Assembly: GCA_045541795.1 (NCBI GenBank)
Contig: JAZQJV010000010.1
Location: 8,333 to 72,332 of the forward strand
From: Patescibacteria group bacterium
Lineage (GTDB): Bacteria > Patescibacteriota > Microgenomatia > UBA1400 > PJMF01
DNA length: 64,000 nt
Direction: 5' to 3'
The position numbers and the translations under genes were made by a program. The notes under the pieces were generated by a model. That model saw only the letters and a list, made by a program, of their open reading frames with translations, searched no databases and was not told the origin of the DNA. Below, one piece after another: positions 1-8,344 of this stretch. Numbering within the stretch: position 1 is the first letter of the stretch; each line of letters starts with the position of its first letter.

Positions 1-456
1 TTGTCTCAGATCCGAGAAATGCGCAAAACGCTGCTCAAGCTTATCATCAAAGATTACGAAGGTGAAGTCTGGTGTATCAGCAAACATTTACTGGCCGCCA
101 GCATGCGGGTCATGGAAGTCGGCACCAAAGCTATGGCGACCGACCCGGCACACGCCAAAGAACTTTTTGAGATGTCATACAACCTCTACAATACTTTCTG
201 GGCGCTTAATTTGCACTTGATTGATGAAAACGAAGCCAAATCGACGCTGTCTGATAGTGACAAAAAGGAATTGATGACCGATATTGCCCAGGAAGATCGC
301 ATCAGCCGCGATGACGCCGATAAAATCCCAGCGGTGGCCAGTTCTCCCATTACACATACAGATCCCGCTGTCACCACCAGCGACACCAATAAGCAATCCA
401 CCTGGAAAAAACTCGGCGCCGTCCTTAATAAAATGCTCGACTGCTGCCGAGAATAA
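1..456 (+). CDS. hypothetical protein, 5'-truncated at window edge
   Basis: ORF runs from position 1 (no upstream stop). No recognisable motifs. Ends just upstream of the gpsA promoter. Confidence 0.4.
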   Translation: MSQIREMRKTLLKLIIKDYEGEVWCISKHLLAASMRVMEVGTKAMATDPAHAKELFEMSYNLYNTFWALNLHLIDENEAKSTLSDSDKKELMTDIAQEDRISRDDADKIPAVASSPITHTDPAVTTSDTNKQSTWKKLGAVLNKMLDCCRE

Positions 457-466
457 GTGTTATAAT
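457..466 (+). promoter_or_regulatory. extended -10 (GTGTTATAAT), 5 nt before gpsA ATG (leaderless)
   Basis: tataat at 461-466 with TGT upstream. ATG at 472. Confidence 0.55.
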
Positions 467-471
467 AAACC

Positions 472-1473
472 ATGACAAAACTCACGATTCTTGGTGCTGG
501 CAATTTTGGTTACGCTCTCGCGGCTCACCTAGACCGCAAGCATGATCCCAAACTAGATTTATGGCTTTACGCCCGGCGGCAAGAATTAGTTGATCATATC
601 AATCATACACACACTCATCCCGAGCTTTATCCCACCGTAGAACTCGAACGCATCACCGCGACCACTAGTCTCGAAGCATGCACCGACAGTTGTGACGTCC
701 TCGTGCTTGCCGTCGCTTCCACGGGTCTTGAGCCTGTGCTGGCTTCTTTGCAACCGCTGATCACGCGCCCTCTCGCCATTGTCTCCATTATGAAAGCTCT
801 CGATCCGCAGACAGGAAAAGTTTTGGGTGATACCATTGTTTCCCAGCTGCAAGGCTTGCCCGTGACTCTCGCGGTCCTGGCAGGCGGCACCACGGGTGCT
901 AGTCTCGTGAGCGAACAGTACTTAGGCGCCACTATCGCCTGCGACAATCCTACTGTCTTGGATCAGCTCGCCCACATCTTTCAAAGTCCCTACTTGCGCC
1001 TACAAAAAAGTACTGATGTGATCGGTACACAGTATGCCGGCGCGCTCAAAAATGTCATTTCTGTAGGTGTCGGCCTTACTAAGGGCTTAGGTTTTGCTTA
1101 CGGCACGCAAACTCATGTCTTATCACTGCTGGCCAGCGAATGTGAGCACTATGCTCTCGCTCACGGCGCACAGGAAGCGACCTTCCGCTTCGCCAGTCAA
1201 TGCTGGGGCAATGATATGGTCATGAGCAGCACAGATCCAGACACCCGCAATCATCAGTTTGGGATTTTGCTCGGCGAAGGACTCCAATTCCATGACGCCG
1301 TAACCAAAATGCAAGCTGCAGGCAGGACGGCAGAAGGAGCAAATACTCTTGCTGTTTTAGCCCGCGCTCAGCAAGATTTATCCTCTTATCCGCTTTTTTC
1401 CTTCCTCGTCCAACTAGCTGCCGGTCACGCGCTTGCCGGCGAAATCGTCAATATTATCGAAACTCACCCATGA
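472..1473 (+). CDS. gpsA: NAD(P)H-dependent glycerol-3-phosphate dehydrogenase
   Basis: N-terminal ILGAGNFGYALA Rossmann motif; GALKNVISVGVG motif; 333 aa. Confidence 0.85.
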   Translation: MTKLTILGAGNFGYALAAHLDRKHDPKLDLWLYARRQELVDHINHTHTHPELYPTVELERITATTSLEACTDSCDVLVLAVASTGLEPVLASLQPLITRPLAIVSIMKALDPQTGKVLGDTIVSQLQGLPVTLAVLAGGTTGASLVSEQYLGATIACDNPTVLDQLAHIFQSPYLRLQKSTDVIGTQYAGALKNVISVGVGLTKGLGFAYGTQTHVLSLLASECEHYALAHGAQEATFRFASQCWGNDMVMSSTDPDTRNHQFGILLGEGLQFHDAVTKMQAAGRTAEGANTLAVLARAQQDLSSYPLFSFLVQLAAGHALAGEIVNIIETHP

Positions 1474-2303
1474 CACCCTTACTCGCTTTTGCCGGTCTTT
1501 TTGCATCTTACGCCGCAGCGGAGACTTTTTCGCTCACCATCGAAAAAACCATCATCCGTGATCCACAGCTGCCGCCAGCTTTCCACAACTTGCGGATCAT
1601 TTTTATCAGTGATATTCATCACGGGCCTTTTTCCAATCTCCGCCGTCTGCAAAATATGGTCAAAAGAATTAATCGGATACATCCAGATTTAATCCTCTAT
1701 GGCGGTGATTACCTACAGACGCGTCACAGACCGCGCCAACGCCAAATTACCGATTATCTCCAGCTGCTTAGTGTCTTGCAAAAACTCGACCAGCCGGCAC
1801 TGGGCAGTTTTGCGGTTTTGGGCAATCATGACTACGATTTAAGCCGTGAGCTCAATGCCAAACTCCTCGCCCAAGCCAATATCACTCTACTTCACAATCA
1901 AGGCGTCACGCTCCAAAAAGGCGATCACAAAATCCGTCTCGACGGAGTAGGGGACATGTGGTATGGACATCCCGACTTTCACGCGGCTCATGGCCACACA
2001 CCGCTCGATACTTTTACCATTTTGCTCTCACACCAGCCCAACTTCATTGACCGACTCACCAAAACCGACGGCGTCAATCTTGTGCTGGCCGGCCATACTC
2101 ACGGCTCACAAATTACTTTTTTTCGCTATCAGCCTTTTTTACCCCGGCGGATCGCTAAGTGGGAATACAAACTCGGGCTCGTAGACACTGATCAAGCCAA
2201 AATGCTCGTGTCTCCGGGAATTGGCAATGAAATGCCGTATTTCCGCTTTTTTTCCCCGCCCAAAATTCATCTCATTACTCTCAAAACCGAACAAAAACAT
2301 TAA
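1470..2303 (+). CDS. calcineurin-like metallophosphoesterase
   Basis: DIHHG, GGDY, GNHDY and AGHTHG motifs. ATGA overlap with the gpsA stop. Confidence 0.8.
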   Translation: MTPLLAFAGLFASYAAAETFSLTIEKTIIRDPQLPPAFHNLRIIFISDIHHGPFSNLRRLQNMVKRINRIHPDLILYGGDYLQTRHRPRQRQITDYLQLLSVLQKLDQPALGSFAVLGNHDYDLSRELNAKLLAQANITLLHNQGVTLQKGDHKIRLDGVGDMWYGHPDFHAAHGHTPLDTFTILLSHQPNFIDRLTKTDGVNLVLAGHTHGSQITFFRYQPFLPRRIAKWEYKLGLVDTDQAKMLVSPGIGNEMPYFRFFSPPKIHLITLKTEQKH

Positions 2304-3373
2304 TCTTCCAATTGACGCTGCTCCACTTTCGCCAGTTTGCGATTAATGGTCGTCGATTTGCTCTGTGCTGTCGCAATGATATTACTCGCTTCCTGCAACT
2401 TTTTTTGGGTTTTTTGCAAAATGGTGCCAAACGTAGCAAATTCTGTCTGGATTTCGCCCAAAAGTTGCCACACTTGAGCCGAGCGCCGCTCGATTGTGAG
2501 CGTGCGAAACCCTAGCTGTAAGCTATTGAGGAAGGCTGCGATAGTATTAGGTCCCATTACCGTCACGCGAAAATCTTGTTGCAACTGCTGGCACAAGGCC
2601 TCGTTTTGGCTCACTTCCGCATACAGCCCTTCCAGCGGTAAATACATGATCGCAAAATTTGTCGTCTCTGGAGGTGCTAAATACTTGTCACTAATATCTT
2701 TGGCACATTTTTTCAGCCTCCCGTATAACTGCTTGCGTGCTAATTCTATTTGCAGTTTGTCACCAGTTTCCAGCGCGTTTTGCAAGACGTTAAAACCCTC
2801 CAGCGGGAATTTCGCGTCAATAGGCAATAAAATAAATCTTGATGTATCATCTTTATTTGGCAGTTTGATCACAAATTCTACTCTATTACTACTGCCCCGT
2901 ACAGTCGCCACATTTTCTTCATAATCACTGCGCGCCAAAAACTGCGACAACAAATTGCCCAGTTGCACCTCACCCCACGTACCGCGTACTTTCACGTTGG
3001 CTAGCACTTTTTTCAAATCTCCCACTCCAGCCGCTAAAGTTTGCATTTCGCCCAGACCTTTATAAACCATTTCTAGCCGTTTTGAAACCTCGCTAAAAGA
3101 TTCTTGCAACCGCCGCTCCAATGACGTCTGCAGTTTTTCGTCCACAGTCGCCCGCATTGCCTCCAGTCTCCTTTCGGTCATGGCGGTAAGATTATTCAGT
3201 TGTCTTTCTTGTGCCTGACCAAAAGATTCCAAACTCAGCGTCAATTCACGCCGCTGGAGTGACAGCGATTTTTCCAAATCTGGCTGGCGTGAGCGGCTGA
3301 CAATCGTCACCACCAAATTGGTGATCATCAATAATGTCACCACGATCAAAAGACTAAAAATCGCTATTTCCAT
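2300..3373 (-). CDS. rmuC: DNA recombination protein RmuC
   Basis: N-terminal TM segment, coiled-coil region, GTWGEVQLGNLL RmuC signature. Start moved to the ATG at residue 7 of the track ORF because the first 6 codons (ttgtggtataat) are the promoter -10. Confidence 0.8.
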   Translation of the reverse strand: MEIAIFSLLIVVTLLMITNLVVTIVSRSRQPDLEKSLSLQRRELTLSLESFGQAQERQLNNLTAMTERRLEAMRATVDEKLQTSLERRLQESFSEVSKRLEMVYKGLGEMQTLAAGVGDLKKVLANVKVRGTWGEVQLGNLLSQFLARSDYEENVATVRGSSNRVEFVIKLPNKDDTSRFILLPIDAKFPLEGFNVLQNALETGDKLQIELARKQLYGRLKKCAKDISDKYLAPPETTNFAIMYLPLEGLYAEVSQNEALCQQLQQDFRVTVMGPNTIAAFLNSLQLGFRTLTIERRSAQVWQLLGEIQTEFATFGTILQKTQKKLQEASNIIATAQSKSTTINRKLAKVEQRQLED

Positions 3374-3379
3374 GCTCAC

Positions 3380-3390
3380 ATTATACCACA
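3380..3390 (-). promoter_or_regulatory. extended -10 TGTGGTATAAT for rmuC (leaderless)
   Basis: Reverse complement of 3380-3390 is ttgtggtataa(t). ATG lies 8 nt downstream on the minus strand. Confidence 0.55.
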
Positions 3391-3410
3391 AGGACGTCTA
3401 TTTTACCAGT

Positions 3411-3439
3411 AAAAAATCTCTCCAGGGGAGAGACTTTTT
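3411..3439. terminator. rho-independent terminator (bidirectional hairpin), probable end of the suf operon
   Basis: aaaaaa-TCTCTCC-agg-GGAGAGA-cttttt. A-run and T-run flank a 7-bp GC-rich stem. Confidence 0.6.
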
Positions 3440-3704
3440 ACAAAAAGTATGAAGAAGTTAGTTTAGTCGTGAATCAAAATGAACAATGAAATATCTGTGA
3501 TCGACTTGATACACCGGGTTAAATTTGGTATATCAGCCAATTCCGGTCTGTCAAAACAACACCCGTAAACTGTGCCAGAAAATAATTGACCATCACCACA
3601 CACACGCAAATCTTGCATTTGGCCTTTGCTTATACTTCATTAATGTCTTTCTCTTTCGCCGATCATTCTAGCATAAGCAGCCACTCGCTGTCAACTGGTA
3701 AAAA

Positions 3705-4121
3705 CTACAACATTGCCGCAGCCGCACTCCATGCCAACTGGACGCACTTCGTCCGCAGTGGCATTGCTGCCGCTTCCCGCAGCGCCACCGCTTCACCTAG
3801 CAAAGTTTCTTCCTCACCGGTCAAAAGCTCGCCCGCGATCAGCTTGACAAAAATATCGTAAAGCTCGCGCGCCTGCTTTCTTGTCTTACCAGTAAAAAGC
3901 CCACAGACAATATCCGCTGCCGCGCGCGAAAGTGCGCAACCTTCGCCCACAAAGCTCATTTGTCCTATCCGCTCGCCATCCCAACGGATCATTAATTCTA
4001 GCCGATCACCACAAGATTGATTAAATCCTAGTTGGCGCTGATCAAACTTTTCCAGCTCACCGTAAAACTGTGGATGAGAAAAATGTTCTGTCAACACTTC
4101 ACCATAAAAACTCGGACTCAT
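3705..4121 (-). CDS. sufU: SUF system Fe-S cluster assembly scaffold (SufU/IscU-like)
   Basis: NQSCGD and GEGCALSRAAAD cysteine motifs typical of NifU/IscU-type scaffolds. Last gene of the suf cluster. Confidence 0.8.
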   Translation of the reverse strand: MSPSFYGEVLTEHFSHPQFYGELEKFDQRQLGFNQSCGDRLELMIRWDGERIGQMSFVGEGCALSRAAADIVCGLFTGKTRKQARELYDIFVKLIAGELLTGEEETLLGEAVALREAAAMPLRTKCVQLAWSAAAAML

Positions 4122-5359
4122 ATTCCCATCCTCCCGCGCACACTCGCCAACACGTCTATAAATCTGTCTATTTCTGCCGTCAAATTATACCAGCACAGGC
4201 TTACCCGCACGCTCGCGCTCACGCCAAGTGTCTCATGCAGCGGCGCGGCGCAATGATGCCCGGCGCGCACGGCAATATTCTCACTGGCCAAAATCGTCGC
4301 CACGTCATGAGCGTGTACACCAGCCAAAACAAAACTCACCACGCCCACATGATCATCCGGATCTTGGCTGCCAAGAATCCGCACGCCGGGTACGGCTTGC
4401 AACTTTTTTATCACATATTCGGTCAGCATTTTTTCACGCGCGAGGATATTTGTCCAACCAAGCTCCTCAAGGTAATCAAGCGCCGCCACTAGACCAGCCG
4501 CACCGGCACCATTTACCGTCCCTGCTTCCAGCTTGTGGGGCAATGGTGCCCACGTGACGCTCTCTTGGCTCACTTCACCAATCATCCCTCCACCCACCAA
4601 GGCCGGTGACAATTTTTCAGCCAGCTGCTGTTTTACAAAAAGCACTCCTACTCCCAAAGGACCATAAATTTTATGGCCGCTAAAAGCCAGCACGTCCACG
4701 CCGCAATCAATCACATTAATCTTCTCATGGGCAATTAATTGCGTCCCATCCATCACCACCAACGCGCCCACTTCATGAGCGCGCGCGACTACTGTCGCTA
4801 TGTCTACTTTTTGGCCCAATACATTAGACATTCCCGTGACCGCTACAATTTTAGTTTTGGGACTCATCGCCTTGCAAATATTCTCGCTGGTCAGGCATTC
4901 GTTTTCATCAAGTCCCACAGATACTATCTTGGCGCCCCGCTGCTGGGCGACCCGCCGCCACACCAGCAGATTTGAGTGGTGCTCAGCGATACTCACCACG
5001 ATCTCATCTTCCTTTGTCACCCAGTCACCAAGCATCATCGCTGCCATATTCAGTCCGGCTGTCGCACCACTAGTAAAAATCACTTCCTCCGGATTTGCTC
5101 CCAAAGCCTGTGCCACACGTGCGCGTGACCACTCATACTTAGCGGTTGCACGTGCACCCAAATCATACATCCCTCGTCCCGGATTAGCATTTAAATTTGT
5201 ATACCAGTTTTGCTCCGCCCACAGTACCGCTTGCGGCTTTTGTGTAGTGGCACTGTTATCAAAATATATGAGCCCCGGATGAGCTTTTAAAAGTGGAAAA
5301 TCACCGCGCAAACTCAAAACTTTTTCTGTATTTAAAAATAATTTTTCTTGATTTATCAT
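4118..5359 (-). CDS. sufS: cysteine desulfurase, SufS family
   Basis: PLP-lysine motif SGHKIYGP; class V aminotransferase fold; 413 aa. Overlaps sufU by 4 nt. Confidence 0.9.
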   Translation of the reverse strand: MINQEKLFLNTEKVLSLRGDFPLLKAHPGLIYFDNSATTQKPQAVLWAEQNWYTNLNANPGRGMYDLGARATAKYEWSRARVAQALGANPEEVIFTSGATAGLNMAAMMLGDWVTKEDEIVVSIAEHHSNLLVWRRVAQQRGAKIVSVGLDENECLTSENICKAMSPKTKIVAVTGMSNVLGQKVDIATVVARAHEVGALVVMDGTQLIAHEKINVIDCGVDVLAFSGHKIYGPLGVGVLFVKQQLAEKLSPALVGGGMIGEVSQESVTWAPLPHKLEAGTVNGAGAAGLVAALDYLEELGWTNILAREKMLTEYVIKKLQAVPGVRILGSQDPDDHVGVVSFVLAGVHAHDVATILASENIAVRAGHHCAAPLHETLGVSASVRVSLCWYNLTAEIDRFIDVLASVRGRMGI

Positions 5360-5361
5360 AT

Positions 5362-6168
5362 TTATTTTACAATTTGATCAATAATATTATACATTTTATT
5401 TTGTACACTTTTTTTACTCACACTGTCTAAATTATGTCGCAAATTTTCCTTACCGTAATACTGCTTAGCCTCATCATACCGCCAACCACGACTACGCATA
5501 TAAACGACTATCTCCTCAGGAATTTGCCCGATCGCCACACTGTGATCCGCTCTCATATTCTGTTCGTCCGCCTTAATCATTGGCAAAGATTTATTGACCA
5601 CATTTTTACCAGTCACCCACACCGTTTCCTTCTCACTACCTTTACTCTCACTGCAGCCAACGTGCATATCCAAGCTTGCCTGCCAACTTTTATACGCACC
5701 TTCGGCCAACCAGCCCACGGTTTCTAAATGACTCTCAGTGCGCTGACCAGAGTGATTGACTAAAGTCTGCCATGATAACTTACCAGAGCGCACTACATAC
5801 ACTGTTTTAATCGCTACTTTACTGTCAGCGCCAGCCAAATCTATCTGCCGCGCCAGCGACACTTCACCATCGCAGGCTAGCAATTCAGTAACCTCCAAAT
5901 GCGCCTGCTTGGCCAAATCAAGCCGGCTGACAATGTGTATTTTTTGCCCGCGCACGCCTACAGCGATTATATCCACATGCACCAGCGCACCATCTCCAAT
6001 ATCACCAGAAATCTCTAGCACTAATTCCTGCTGTCCCGACAAAAATTCATCTGTATCAAGGCTAAAATTCGCCACCTCACCTGCTTTTGTGGTCAGATCC
6101 AGCCTCTGCACCACGCCGTCCATCCTCTGCTGTTCATCAAATCCCAGCCAACTCCAGACTTCACTCAT
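5362..6168 (-). CDS. sufD: Fe-S cluster assembly protein SufD
   Basis: SufB/SufD-family C-terminal beta-helix region. Sits between sufB and sufS. Confidence 0.75.
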   Translation of the reverse strand: MSEVWSWLGFDEQQRMDGVVQRLDLTTKAGEVANFSLDTDEFLSGQQELVLEISGDIGDGALVHVDIIAVGVRGQKIHIVSRLDLAKQAHLEVTELLACDGEVSLARQIDLAGADSKVAIKTVYVVRSGKLSWQTLVNHSGQRTESHLETVGWLAEGAYKSWQASLDMHVGCSESKGSEKETVWVTGKNVVNKSLPMIKADEQNMRADHSVAIGQIPEEIVVYMRSRGWRYDEAKQYYGKENLRHNLDSVSKKSVQNKMYNIIDQIVK

Positions 6169-7499
6169 CTTTGTCCTTTCTGAGGTTGACGTTTTAATTC
6201 CAAATTAATCAAATTATTCATCTCTAAAGCATATTCCAGCGGTAACTCGCGACTAAAGCCATCCACAAAGCCATTGACTATCAAACGTGTCGCTTCCTGT
6301 TCACCAAGTCCCCTTGAGCGCAAATACTCTAATTGCGCCCGACTGACGCGTCCAGTCGTAGCTTCTTGAAGCAGCTCCATCTCGCCATTATTAATTACTA
6401 TCGCCGGCAAACTGTCGCTGCGCGATTTCTCATCCAAAATCAAGCTATGACAATTTAAAGACGCTAGCGCGCCCCGTGCCTGCTTATCTACCCAAATACT
6501 ACTGCGGAAATTACTCGTCCCACCACCTTTTACAATTGATTTTGCCATCACACTACTAGTGGTGTGAGGTGCTAAGTGGCGGACTTTTGCCCCCGTATCA
6601 AGCCACTGTCCGCTTCCCGCCATCGTCACTCCCTGATAACTAGATTTTGCCGCCCTACCCGCCAAAATACTTTCTGGATACAAGCAAGTCTTACATGAAC
6701 CAAAACTCCCAGAAACCCACTCGATGATGCCTTCATCCGCTACTAGTGCTCTTTTGGTATTGAGATTGTACATATTACGTGACCAATTTTCGATGGTAGT
6801 ATAGCGCAAAGTCGCCCGCTCGCGCACAAAAAGTTCCACGCTGCCCGCATGCAAACTGACCTCGTTATATCGTGGCGCCGAGCAGCCCTCGATAAAGTGC
6901 AAACTCGCACCCTGATCCACAATAATTAAAGTATGCTCAAATTGCCCCGCACCGCGAGCATTAAGTCGAAAGTAGGCCTGCAAAGGTAACGTCACACTCA
7001 CACCCGGAGGCACATAGACAAAAGATCCGCCAGACCAGACAGCCACGTGCAATGCGGCAAATTTATGATCATGTGGTGTGATCAAACTCGCAAAATGCTC
7101 TCTAATCATCGGTTCATAATCGCTATGCAACGCCGACTCCAGATCTGCATAATATACTCCTTGTTCTGCTACCATTTCTTGCAAACGGTGATAAACCATT
7201 TCCGAATCAATTTGTGCCCCCACGCCAGCCAAAAATTTTTCCTCGGCCTGAGGAATACCCAACTGACTAAAAGTCTGTCTAATTTCTGGAGGGACACTTT
7301 CCCAGTCAGCCACAGTCTTTCGTCCCCGGATATAAGTAGTAATCTGCGACAAATCCAGCTCACTTAGATCTGGCCCCCAGCTGGGTAGAGGAGTCGTCTC
7401 ATAAATTTCTAAAGCCTGTAAACGCAATTCTCGCATCCACTGCGGATCTTCTTTCCGGCGTGACAACTCCATCACCACCTCACGCGTCAGACCATTCAT
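6165..7499 (-). CDS. sufB: Fe-S cluster assembly protein SufB
   Basis: Full-length SufB (EDPQWMRELRL...). Start placed at M11 of the track ORF to limit overlap with sufC; the track start at 7529 remains possible. Confidence 0.85.
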   Translation of the reverse strand: MNGLTREVVMELSRRKEDPQWMRELRLQALEIYETTPLPSWGPDLSELDLSQITTYIRGRKTVADWESVPPEIRQTFSQLGIPQAEEKFLAGVGAQIDSEMVYHRLQEMVAEQGVYYADLESALHSDYEPMIREHFASLITPHDHKFAALHVAVWSGGSFVYVPPGVSVTLPLQAYFRLNARGAGQFEHTLIIVDQGASLHFIEGCSAPRYNEVSLHAGSVELFVRERATLRYTTIENWSRNMYNLNTKRALVADEGIIEWVSGSFGSCKTCLYPESILAGRAAKSSYQGVTMAGSGQWLDTGAKVRHLAPHTTSSVMAKSIVKGGGTSNFRSSIWVDKQARGALASLNCHSLILDEKSRSDSLPAIVINNGEMELLQEATTGRVSRAQLEYLRSRGLGEQEATRLIVNGFVDGFSRELPLEYALEMNNLINLELKRQPQKGQR

Positions 7500-8247
7500 G
7501 TTTGTCTTCCTCGAGACTAGCAAAACCATCCCGCCTCACCTGCGCCAAAATCTGCTCGTCATCATATATCTGTAGTCGTCCGCGGCGCAAAACTCCCACC
7601 TGATCAATTGACAAACCTCGGATAATCTCACCGGTGTGAGTAATGATGAGCAAAGCCGCCCCTGATTCACGCTGATAGTTGGTTATCACTTCTCTGGCCA
7701 CTCGCGCTGCATCCGTATCCAGACCAGAATCTATCTCGTCCAAAATCACCATTTTGGGCCGCAGTGCCAACATTTGCAAAAGTTCCAATTTCTTTTTCTC
7801 GCCTCCCGAAAAGCCCACGCCAATTTCTCTAGATAACACGGTCGGCGACAGTTGTAATTGTTCACAAAATTTGTTCAACTTAGTCTGCCAAGCAAAAATT
7901 GTCTGCTGCTGCCCGGTCACTTTTTCGCTCGCTTCACGCAAAAAATTACTCACACTCACGCCGGGTATCGCTACCGGTTCTTGCCAGGTAAGAAAAATTC
8001 CTGCTCGTGCCCTTTCGTCCAAGCTTTTTTCATTAATCGGTTGTCCTTCCCAGCATATTTCACCATTGACTAGAGAGTATTGAGGTAAACCGGCGATTAC
8101 TCCCGCAAGCGTAGATTTGCCCGCACCATTAGGCCCTAAAAGCACTTTTGTCTCGCCAGCATACCACTGCCAGTCTACTTCATGTAAAATCTCTTTACCC
8201 TCGGCCGTGACCGTTATTTTTTTTAATGTCAATAATGTCTTATCCAT
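7480..8247 (-). CDS. sufC: Fe-S cluster assembly ATPase SufC
   Basis: Walker A GPNGAGKST and ABC signature FSGGEKKK. Start moved to MDKTLL (ATG at 8247), preceded by SD gggag. The track's 5' extension runs back through the promoter. Confidence 0.9.
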   Translation of the reverse strand: MDKTLLTLKKITVTAEGKEILHEVDWQWYAGETKVLLGPNGAGKSTLAGVIAGLPQYSLVNGEICWEGQPINEKSLDERARAGIFLTWQEPVAIPGVSVSNFLREASEKVTGQQQTIFAWQTKLNKFCEQLQLSPTVLSREIGVGFSGGEKKKLELLQMLALRPKMVILDEIDSGLDTDAARVAREVITNYQRESGAALLIITHTGEIIRGLSIDQVGVLRRGRLQIYDDEQILAQVRRDGFASLEEDKHEWSDA

Positions 8248-8308
8248 GATTATTACTCCCGAGCTTATTATATCACACATGGCAAGAGGTATTTTTAGCA
8301 ATTGCCAC

Positions 8309-8336
8309 TTGACACTGCTAAAATCTGTGGTATAAT
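8309..8336 (+). promoter_or_regulatory. sigma70-type promoter TTGACA-16-TATAAT for lon; ATG 8 nt after the -10
   Basis: ttgaca at 8309-8314; tgtggtataat at 8326-8336; lon ATG at 8345. Confidence 0.6.
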
Positions 8337-8344
8337 GCGCCATT

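Noticed and set aside
3586-3861. 91-aa plus-strand ORF overlapping sufU
   Set aside because: It is antisense to the conserved SufU scaffold gene, has no SD or promoter, and its low-complexity Ser/Ala composition looks like a coding-strand mirror.
4800-5282. 160-aa plus-strand ORF inside sufS, and other ORFs of 60-180 aa antisense to lon, the PBP gene, pilB and glycosyltransferase genes
   Set aside because: All are embedded antisense in well-supported conserved genes, lack promoters or SD, and have biased low-complexity composition typical of shadow ORFs.
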